A DNA stretch of 56,125 nt, taken from positions 1-56,125 of IMG/VR virus record IMGVR_UViG_3300020463_000027; one strand, given 5' to 3'. The DNA is from a virus. Lineage: Duplodnaviria; Caudoviricetes. Each line of letters opens with the position of its first letter. The stretch's first letter is position 1. Below the pieces are notes generated by a model. The model did no database searches, had not been told where the DNA came from, and saw nothing but the letters and a program-made list of their open reading frames with translations. A program made the position numbers and the translations under genes. Positions 1 to 5,940 of the stretch are shown one piece after another.

Positions 1-26
1 GTATTGAGGCAATCCAGCTGACCTAG

Positions 27-102
27 TGTGCCAATTTAATTAGTGTCCACTATTTTCCCATATGCACTTCATAGGCAGTATAATATGTGTATAACAAACA
101 AA
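27..102 (+). promoter_or_regulatory. Early promoter cassette 1 (imperfect inverted repeat + sigma70-like -10 + CAAA leader)
   Basis: TGTGCCA-N10-TGTCCAC at 27-50, TATAAT at 79-84, ATAACAAACAAA at 91-102; the same layout occurs 4 times in 1-1100. Confidence 0.8.
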
Positions 103-115
103 TTTTTAAATCAAC

Positions 116-283
116 ATGTTCAACAGAGACTTAACACCAATCTACAACGGAAGAGTATTAGTCAACGATTCAGCAATGCAGGATCCAGCAGTCAAGGCAG
201 CATTGACAGAGATGTCAAAGAGAAACTTTGAACCGCAGGAGATCAACAGGTACGGAGTCTGGTACATCTCAGACAGACATTAA
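116..283 (+). CDS. Small early hypothetical protein, 55 aa (MFNRDLTPIYNGRVLVN...YGVWYISDRH)
   Basis: Translated by hand: ATG 116, TAA 281-283; lies directly behind promoter cassette 1; below the ORF-track size cutoff. Confidence 0.8.
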   Translation: MFNRDLTPIYNGRVLVNDSAMQDPAVKAALTEMSKRNFEPQEINRYGVWYISDRH

Positions 284-308
284 AAATGTACACTGAAGTC
301 AGCCGCCT

Positions 309-390
309 TGTGCCAATATTATTACTGGCACATTTCCTATTCCATTTTCCCATATCAGGGACTATAATATAATCATAACAAACAAACAAA
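309..390 (+). promoter_or_regulatory. Early promoter cassette 2
   Basis: Perfect inverted repeat TGTGCCA-N10-TGGCACA at 309-332, TATAAT at 363-368, ATAACAAACAAACAAA at 375-390. Confidence 0.85.
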
Positions 391-392
391 TC

Positions 393-641
393 ATGCAAAC
401 AGCAATCAATCTCACAGACACACCAAGGACAGAGTACAACGGTTGGGCAGACTGGACAACTTGGAACTGTGCATTGTGGATAGGTGGGGACGAAGGTCTT
501 TACAACGAAGCAAGATTCTCTAGTTCATATGGAGAGTTCGTCCAGACTATGCAGGAGTATGGCATGACCAAGACACCAGACGGAGCAACATGGGACGAAG
601 CAGACTTTGACGAAATGCAGGAAATGATGGACGATTTATAA
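393..641 (+). CDS. Small acidic early hypothetical protein, 82 aa (YNGWADWTTWNCALW motif)
   Basis: ORF directly behind cassette 2; the NGW-x-x-W-x-TW motif is typical of small phage hypothetical proteins. Confidence 0.85.
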   Translation: MQTAINLTDTPRTEYNGWADWTTWNCALWIGGDEGLYNEARFSSSYGEFVQTMQEYGMTKTPDGATWDEADFDEMQEMMDDL

Positions 642-703
642 ACTGTCACACAGTTTCCCTATTCTGTCAAAATAGGGACTATACTTAATATTATACAAAC
701 AAA
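627..703 (+). promoter_or_regulatory. Early promoter cassette 3
   Basis: ATGGACG-N10-TGTCACA at 627-650, inverted repeat TCCCTATT/AATAGGGA at 656-678, TATACT at 680-685, TATACAAACAAA at 692-703. Confidence 0.75.
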
Positions 704-710
704 TCAGATT

Positions 711-863
711 ATGTCATCACTAGTTAACGAATCAATTTTAGAAACACTCTTTGAGGAATGCTTAGAAGGAATAGAAAAAGCGGGTCTTGACTCTACCAGC
801 GAGGCAGCACATATAGTTGCAGAGATCAGAGCAAAGCAAATCTTTGAGGAGATGGCACAATGA
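711..863 (+). CDS. Small early hypothetical protein, 50 aa (MSSLVNESILETLFEE...FEEMAQ)
   Basis: Translated by hand; behind cassette 3; stop overlaps the next start (ATGA). Confidence 0.8.
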   Translation: MSSLVNESILETLFEECLEGIEKAGLDSTSEAAHIVAEIRAKQIFEEMAQ

Positions 864-1000
864 GAACATTAAACGTAACAGACGGACAACTTGAACTATT
901 ACAGGATCTAGTCATGTTCGCATATGAAATGGACGTCCCAGAGCAGAAAGGTTGGGACATTCAAACTTACGATAACCTTGTAGATGAGGTTATGAAGTGA
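860..1000 (+). CDS. Small early hypothetical protein, 46 aa (MRTLNVTDGQLELLQDLV...VDEVMK)
   Basis: Translated by hand; ATGA coupling with 711-863; GAGGAG upstream. Confidence 0.75.
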   Translation: MRTLNVTDGQLELLQDLVMFAYEMDVPEQKGWDIQTYDNLVDEVMK

Positions 1001-1092
1001 CAGTTGAATTAGTGTCACAATGACCCGTAATATTCACTGTAACAATCCACAATTCTACTTATTACCGACTATAATAAGTATATACAAACAAA
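996..1092 (+). promoter_or_regulatory. Early promoter cassette 4
   Basis: AGTGACA-N10-TGTCACA at 996-1019, extra half-site TGTAACA at 1038-1044, TATAAT at 1070-1075, TATACAAACAAA at 1081-1092. Confidence 0.75.
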
Positions 1093-1108
1093 TTTAACAA
1101 ACTAGATT

Positions 1109-1273
1109 ATGATTCAAAAATTCATTGAAGTCCCTAATACACTAATCAAGGAACCAGTTCCAATGGGTTCATTCGCATACGATATGCTATTCAGTATGGC
1201 GGAAGAGTACGGCAAGGCGGAACTTGTCTGGTATTCTCTTAACGGATCTCGCATTGTAGAGGGTTCTTACTAA
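1109..1273 (+). CDS. Small early hypothetical protein, 54 aa (MIQKFIEVPNT...SRIVEGSY)
   Basis: Translated by hand; behind cassette 4; TAATG coupling to the gene at 1273. Confidence 0.8.
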   Translation: MIQKFIEVPNTLIKEPVPMGSFAYDMLFSMAEEYGKAELVWYSLNGSRIVEGSY

Positions 1274-1464
1274 TGTCATTTTTCAAACACGTAGAACTTC
1301 ACAAATACGACCTAACAGACAAAGGCGTATCCGATGCATGCTATGACGAACTTTGCATAGATAACCCTTCACTTGAAGACGTACTCACAGCAGAACAAAT
1401 ACAAGTACTTGCTGATGACATGAGAGAAAAGTTCAAGGACTACATGAGACCTTTATTTGCTTAA
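1273..1464 (+). CDS. Small early hypothetical protein, 63 aa
   Basis: ORF track; start coupled to the upstream stop. Confidence 0.8.
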   Translation: MSFFKHVELHKYDLTDKGVSDACYDELCIDNPSLEDVLTAEQIQVLADDMREKFKDYMRPLFA

Positions 1465-1468
1465 CCCT

Positions 1469-1702
1469 ATGCCTGAGAATACATACATCTATGATGCAGT
1501 CTGGGAAGAATACAGACATGAGCACGGATACACAGAGGACGAAATGAATGAACACGTTATGTTCTCTGAAGACCGCAGTGTATATGATGAACTTGAAGAA
1601 CGTGTGAAGCATACCAAGTGGCAAGAGGCACAGCGTATGCACTGGATGCAAGGCGAAGCACCAGAGTTTAAGAGGAGAGTCCCCGAAGACTGTCCATTCT
1701 AG
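1469..1702 (+). CDS. Small acidic hypothetical protein, 77 aa (MPENTYIYDAVW...PEDCPF)
   Basis: ORF track 1457..1702; ATG at 1469 preferred over TTG at 1457. Confidence 0.7.
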   Translation: MPENTYIYDAVWEEYRHEHGYTEDEMNEHVMFSEDRSVYDELEERVKHTKWQEAQRMHWMQGEAPEFKRRVPEDCPF

Positions 1703-1948
1703 GTCATGGGCAATGCCAATAAGTCCCACCCTTGACCCGACCAGTCAACAGTGCACAGACCTGTAACTCTGATAAGCATGGAATTTGCTAGAGGGGATCG
1801 GTCAATCCCCTTGCCACCACACAAAACAAAGCGGGTCAGCAGATGTTCTTAAGTGACAGGTGCCTGACCCCAACCCCCACCCCTGACAGTGTTTGTAATG
1901 TTGGGGGTTTTTTAAGGGGTTGCCGAGCGATGGGACTCCTAACCCTTT
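1702..1948 (+). ncRNA. Candidate structured non-coding element (ncRNA or cis-acting DNA such as an origin); family not recognised
   Basis: GC-rich intergenic stretch with consecutive stems, e.g. GAGGGGAT/ATCCCCTT 1791-1812, GGGTCAG/CTGACCC 1833-1870, AACCCCCA/TGGGGGTT 1872-1909, AAGGGGTT/AACCCTTT 1914-1948. Confidence 0.45.
1872..1913 (+). terminator. Possible intrinsic terminator closing the early region
   Basis: 8-bp stem AACCCCCA/TGGGGGTT running into a T-tract (1908-1913); loop is long (22 nt). Confidence 0.45.
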
Positions 1949-1976
1949 CCTAACCTACAAAAGTATCCAAACGAGA

Positions 1977-1984
1977 GATAAATA
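1977..1984 (+). promoter_or_regulatory. T4-type late promoter (GATAAATA)
   Basis: Matches the NATAAATA late consensus upstream of the gene at 2044. Confidence 0.65.
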
Positions 1985-2043
1985 TAATTGAAAATGAAAT
2001 TTCAAAAACCCCAAAACCCAAAAAATTTTCCTGGTAAAAAATC

Positions 2044-2310
2044 ATGAAAAAAGTCGCACACCAATTCTTTGAAGACGACGGATTAGATTATGAAGACATG
2101 CTAAGTGACTTTGATAGTTTCTGTGACCAATTTGAAGATCGTGCATCTAACGCATATCATAAAGGAGACCAAAATAATGGAAGAGTTACTAAAGAAATTG
2201 AACGAGCAGGAACAGACGCTCCTATGGCTGTCAGAGAAGTTGAACAACTTGGAATCTCGGATGGAGAAATTGGGCAAACCATCATTGATGTATCACCGTC
2301 CGACATCTGA
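2044..2310 (+). CDS. Acidic hypothetical protein, 88 aa
   Basis: ATG behind the late promoter; 3' half overlaps the next gene in another frame. Confidence 0.65.
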   Translation: MKKVAHQFFEDDGLDYEDMLSDFDSFCDQFEDRASNAYHKGDQNNGRVTKEIERAGTDAPMAVREVEQLGISDGEIGQTIIDVSPSDI

Positions 2311-2404
2311 AGAATACGAGACAGTTGCCCAGACTCTTGATTACTTACATAATAACGTAGAAGGTTTGAAAACAGATTTACTTAAAGTTGCTAAGGCAGT
2401 ATAA
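2177..2404 (+). CDS. Coiled-coil hypothetical protein, 75 aa (MEELLKKLNEQE...VAKAV)
   Basis: AAAGGAG RBS at 2161-2167 before ATG 2177; heptad pattern; TAATG coupling to 2404. Confidence 0.75.
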   Translation: MEELLKKLNEQEQTLLWLSEKLNNLESRMEKLGKPSLMYHRPTSEEYETVAQTLDYLHNNVEGLKTDLLKVAKAV

Positions 2405-2904
2405 TGCAGATTATAGATAATGTTCTGTCTCAGAAAAGATTTGATGAACTGTATGAATCTATAACTGATCATGGTTTCCCATGGCATTTGCAAAATACTG
2501 GTGTGTCTATGGAAGGAGATGGTTCTTTTCAGTTTACACATCAATTTTGTGATCAGACAGGATGGAGAAGTCCTTTTGATTCATTAATGAAACCTATGTA
2601 CTATCGTCTTGGTGTGAATAAGTTATATCGTTGTAAGGTTAACTTAACTCTTAAGACTAAGAAGACTTATGAGTTTCTTCCTTTACATGAGGATATTAGT
2701 TTTATAGATGGTAGTATACCTTTTGATTATAACACTGCAATCTTTTATTTGAATACGAATAATGGATATACTTTGTTTGAGGATGGTACTAAGATTGATA
2801 GTGTTGCAAATAGGATGGTAACTTTTACTGGTCCTACACTACATACAGGTGCAACGCAAACTGATGAAAGATTTAGATTTGTATTAAATTTTAATTATTG
2901 GTAA
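2404..2904 (+). CDS. 2OG-Fe(II) oxygenase superfamily protein
   Basis: HxD (LHED), TAIFYLNTNNGYT, NRMVTF, distal His (LHTG), RFVLNFNY. Confidence 0.75.
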   Translation: MQIIDNVLSQKRFDELYESITDHGFPWHLQNTGVSMEGDGSFQFTHQFCDQTGWRSPFDSLMKPMYYRLGVNKLYRCKVNLTLKTKKTYEFLPLHEDISFIDGSIPFDYNTAIFYLNTNNGYTLFEDGTKIDSVANRMVTFTGPTLHTGATQTDERFRFVLNFNYW

Positions 2905-2905
2905 T

Positions 2906-3055
2906 ATGCTGATAAACGTAACCAAAGAAGAACTTGAAGTAATTGTACTGCAGTTATGGAAAAGTCGTAAGTCTGAAGAGAAAGTACGAGTGGTATACGA
3001 GAAGATGGAACCACTTCTAAATATTTGTAACTGTCAGGAAAAGAAAAATGCCTAA
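2906..3055 (+). CDS. Hypothetical protein, 49 aa (MLINVTKEELEVIVLQLWK...CNCQEKKNA)
   Basis: Translated by hand; fills the gap between 2904 and 3048; contains a CTAAATA late-promoter-like site at 3017-3023. Confidence 0.6.
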   Translation: MLINVTKEELEVIVLQLWKSRKSEEKVRVVYEKMEPLLNICNCQEKKNA

Positions 3056-3392
3056 TCTAGCAGCAGAGAATACATTTGATACTCAATCAGTAGATGGTAA
3101 CTGTACTTATCCTGCTACAGCATTGGGAGGTGCACCTACTATATCAGCAAACGTATTGATGAATGGTCAACCTTTACGATCATATGATAGTTCTAGTGTA
3201 GTATCACCAGTTCCTGGTGTATTGCCTTGTCCACCTGGTACTAGGGTGATCACTCCTACTGTTAACACGACAGTGTTTATCAATGGTAAGTTACCCGCAG
3301 TGCAAGGAGATAATGCATCATTGTTAGGTACACCAAGACCGTTGACAGGACCTTTCCAGCATGTTAATATAATGATAGGAAGTAACATATAA
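3048..3392 (+). CDS. gp5.4: PAAR-like baseplate spike tip protein (T4 gp5.4-like)
   Basis: TVFINGKLPAVQGD PAAR-type repeat, NVLMNG, about 110 aa, upstream of gp25. Confidence 0.75.
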   Translation: MPNLAAENTFDTQSVDGNCTYPATALGGAPTISANVLMNGQPLRSYDSSSVVSPVPGVLPCPPGTRVITPTVNTTVFINGKLPAVQGDNASLLGTPRPLTGPFQHVNIMIGSNI

Positions 3393-3395
3393 TAT

Positions 3396-3542
3396 ATGGC
3401 AAAAGCAAAAGGTGGATATGGTACTGCTGATACTATAGAAGCAACACCAAAGAAATCAAGACAAGGTACAGGATCACATACTAAGTATTCTGCGACTAGT
3501 AGAAATAAAGCAAAGAAGAGATCTAGAGGACAAGGTAAATAA
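3396..3542 (+). CDS. Small highly basic protein, 48 aa (MAKAKGG...KKSRQGTGSHTKYSATSRNKAKKRSRGQGK)
   Basis: Translated by hand; TAATG coupling to 3542; K/R/G-rich with an RGQG C-terminus of the kind seen after PAAR genes in T4-like marine phages. Confidence 0.8.
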   Translation: MAKAKGGYGTADTIEATPKKSRQGTGSHTKYSATSRNKAKKRSRGQGK

Positions 3543-4117
3543 TGCACAATTTCATCTGGGAAGGTGAGATAGACTTAGACATATGTGATAACCTCGTAGA
3601 GTTCTACGATACATGCACATACTTGACTAAGAAAAAATATGAGAGTAATCCTTTTAATGATGCTAAGGGTAATGGAAAGGATTCTCTTGACTTGCATTGT
3701 CATACTATGTTGGCAAAGAATGAGGAATGTTTGGATAATTATCTGAAGAAACTCATTCAGTGTGTAGACAAGTATTATCATGTATATCCACAGGCAGGAC
3801 AGATTGATTGTCATATCTCTCCTTTGTTTAATATACAAAGGTATGAGCCTGGTGGAGGTTATAAGGTATGGCATTTTGAGAGAGGTGCACAACGTGAGAA
3901 TCGTGAGAGGTATCTGGTCTGGATGACCTACCTCTCCGATAACCCCGACGGTGGAACCGAATGGATGTATCAGGATAAGTACATCTCTGCTGAGAAAGGT
4001 AAGACTGTTATCTGGCCAGCAGAATGGACACATACTCATAGAGGTGTGATAGATGATAATCTATCAAAAACCTTAATTACTGGTTGGATAGATATTGCGG
4101 GTGGTTTTGTTAACTAA
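3542..4117 (+). CDS. 2OG-Fe(II) oxygenase (prolyl-hydroxylase-like)
   Basis: IQRYEPGGGYKVWHFE, YLVWMTYL, GGTEW, KGKTVIWPAEWTHTHRG, KTLITGW. Confidence 0.85.
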   Translation: MHNFIWEGEIDLDICDNLVEFYDTCTYLTKKKYESNPFNDAKGNGKDSLDLHCHTMLAKNEECLDNYLKKLIQCVDKYYHVYPQAGQIDCHISPLFNIQRYEPGGGYKVWHFERGAQRENRERYLVWMTYLSDNPDGGTEWMYQDKYISAEKGKTVIWPAEWTHTHRGVIDDNLSKTLITGWIDIAGGFVN

Positions 4118-4698
4118 TGGATAGATTCATATACGAAACTAAGTTTACTAAAGATATCTGTGATGGTCTGATAGATTTTTACAATACATCAGATCAGTTT
4201 CAGAAACATGAAGGGCAGATTAGTAATCGTAAGGTAAATTCTAAGAATCAAAAAGAATCTTTGGATATGAGCATACCAATGCAGTATATTGACTTTGATA
4301 CTCGTTTAGAGAATTACTTCAGTTCTTTGCATCAGACGTTCATAACATACTTTGAGAAGTTTGAGCAATCTAGACTTCCTTGTAAGATGTCTGATGTCTT
4401 TAATATCCAATGGTATCCTAAAGGTGGTGGATACAAGATATGGCACTTTGAGAGGACGAACAATAAACATGCGTTGCGTAGACACCTTGTATGGATGACG
4501 TATCTTACGGATAATCCGAACGGTGGTACGGAGTTTTACTTTCAAGATCTCCACATCCCTGCGGAAAAGGGGAAGACAGTCATATGGCCAGCAGAGTGGA
4601 TGTATACACATAGAGGTCGTGTAGACAATGAAAACGAGAAGATGATTATCACAGGTTGGATGGAATTTATATCAGAAGGTATGGGTAAAAACACATGA
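4117..4698 (+). CDS. 2OG-Fe(II) oxygenase (prolyl-hydroxylase-like), paralogue of 3542-4117
   Basis: IQWYPKGGGYKIWHFE, HLVWMTYL, GGTEF, KGKTVIWPAEWMYTHRG, KMIITGW. Confidence 0.85.
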   Translation: MDRFIYETKFTKDICDGLIDFYNTSDQFQKHEGQISNRKVNSKNQKESLDMSIPMQYIDFDTRLENYFSSLHQTFITYFEKFEQSRLPCKMSDVFNIQWYPKGGGYKIWHFERTNNKHALRRHLVWMTYLTDNPNGGTEFYFQDLHIPAEKGKTVIWPAEWMYTHRGRVDNENEKMIITGWMEFISEGMGKNT

Positions 4699-5354
4699 AC
4701 TTAATTTGTAATCTCCCTGCTGAGAAAGTATGGGTACGAAAAGAATACTTAACTGACCATAAGAGTGGTCATGGTGAATTTGTAGAAGGTGTATGGGTTG
4801 CTGCAAAGAGTTTACCTGGTCGTGCGTTTTATTTTGAGACGTATCTACCTGAGTATGGTGCGTTGTATGATAAGTTACCTATAAGTGCCTTTCTCCGAGC
4901 ACCGAAAACACCGACGCCCGATATGAGTCTAGAGAATCTGCAATTTTGGAATTGTATGGACTATGGTGTGATGGCAATCAATAAAGGTTTCATATCTTCT
5001 ATGGATGCTGAAATACGAACAAGAGACCACGGGTTGATAAAAGGACAATATATATTTACAATTGATAACTATCATGCAGATATAAATGTGATAGATAATA
5101 ATGTAAGTGAAGTGCCACAAGAGCATAAGTCTCATAACTGTATACAACTAGAGAATGGGCAGTATGCACTGTATCCAAATAACAGGATGCGTCTGTATGA
5201 CCTCTCTATAACCCCACAAGAACCGAAAACACCTGACTTTAAGGTTTCTACCATAGAGTATCAAGTTGAGAATGGGACTGAATGGGGTAGACTAGGAGAT
5301 ACTGACGATTATTTCTGGGAAACACCTAAAGAAAAGGAGAACAATGGTAATTAA
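4695..5354 (+). CDS. Conserved T4-like marine phage hypothetical protein, 219 aa
   Basis: Long ORF with ATGA coupling; motifs WVRKEYL, GALYDKLPISAF, LQFWNC, YPNNR. Confidence 0.85.
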   Translation: MNLICNLPAEKVWVRKEYLTDHKSGHGEFVEGVWVAAKSLPGRAFYFETYLPEYGALYDKLPISAFLRAPKTPTPDMSLENLQFWNCMDYGVMAINKGFISSMDAEIRTRDHGLIKGQYIFTIDNYHADINVIDNNVSEVPQEHKSHNCIQLENGQYALYPNNRMRLYDLSITPQEPKTPDFKVSTIEYQVENGTEWGRLGDTDDYFWETPKEKENNGN

Positions 5355-5523
5355 AGTAGACAAATCTGAAGAATTTAAGAAGAGTGGTAAAAAACTCATC
5401 TCAGAGTACGATGCACAGGAATGGTTAGATAAAATTGAGAAGAATGACGAAAGAGAATTGTTTGAGATGAAGAGAAAGAAGGAATTCCTTGACGAGTGCA
5501 CTAAGTTTAGAAAAGATGGATAA
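5344..5523 (+). CDS. Charged hypothetical protein, 59 aa (MVIKVDKSEEFKKSGKKLISEY...)
   Basis: Translated by hand; AAGGAG RBS at 5334-5339; stop at 5521-5523. Confidence 0.75.
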   Translation: MVIKVDKSEEFKKSGKKLISEYDAQEWLDKIEKNDERELFEMKRKKEFLDECTKFRKDG

Positions 5524-5526
5524 ATA
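5519..5526 (+). promoter_or_regulatory. T4-type late promoter (GATAAATA)
   Basis: Immediately upstream of gp25. Confidence 0.7.
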
Positions 5527-5547
5527 ATAGCAGCCTATGCTGTCTAT

Positions 5548-5940
5548 ATGCCACAACAGTCAACATTTAAAGATTTGAGTGTAGTATTCAAAAAACATCC
5601 TGTCACTGATGATCTAGTCACAGTGAAGGATAAGGTTGCTATTGCCCAATCAATCTCTAATTTGTTGCAGACAAATTCTGGTGACCGACCATTCAAACCT
5701 GATTTAGGTTCTGGTATTCGTGAACTATTGTTTGAACAAGCAGACTGGGGTACTGCTGCTGCTATAAGTGGTCGTGTCAGAGAATGTCTTGTTAAATACG
5801 AACCTAGAATTAATGTATTGACCGTCAATGCAGATCCTGATTTTGATAACAATGGTTTTGACGTTTCAATAGAATATGAAATTCTTGGTAGAGACGATGG
5901 CAGAATAGTTGCTGATGTATTTCTAGAACGTACAAGATAA
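5548..5940 (+). CDS. gp25: Baseplate wedge subunit gp25 (gpW/gp25 family)
   Basis: FKDLS...HPVTDDL, SISNLLQT..GDRPF.P.LGS.IRELLFE, YEPRI; position before gp6. Confidence 0.92.
   Translation: MPQQSTFKDLSVVFKKHPVTDDLVTVKDKVAIAQSISNLLQTNSGDRPFKPDLGSGIRELLFEQADWGTAAAISGRVRECLVKYEPRINVLTVNADPDFDNNGFDVSIEYEILGRDDGRIVADVFLERTR

Noticed and set aside
43-231. ORF-track 62-aa ORF
   Set aside because: Starts at a GTG inside the promoter palindrome and runs across the -10 box; the ATG ORF 116-283 in another frame fits the cassette layout
27-1092. Repeated palindromic motifs as a CRISPR array
   Set aside because: Copies are degenerate, about 280-370 nt apart and separated by genes; no cas genes
1702-1948. 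tRNA, tmRNA or hammerhead ribozyme in the structured island
   Set aside because: No TTC-containing T-loop/cloverleaf seen; CTGATAA at 1769 does not match the CUGANGA core and no suitably placed GAAA
2105-2176. GTG-started N-terminal extension of the 2177-2404 gene
   Set aside because: The strong RBS sits before ATG 2177 and the extension looks non-protein-like
2404-2904. DNA endonuclease V (denV), a label sometimes given to similar cyanophage proteins
   Set aside because: Sequence shows 2OG-Fe(II) oxygenase HxD...H...R motifs, not a DenV glycosylase signature
3575-4611. Two similar minus-strand ORFs (3575-4039, 4306-4611)
   Set aside because: Their similarity is simply the antisense shadow of the two paralogous oxygenases
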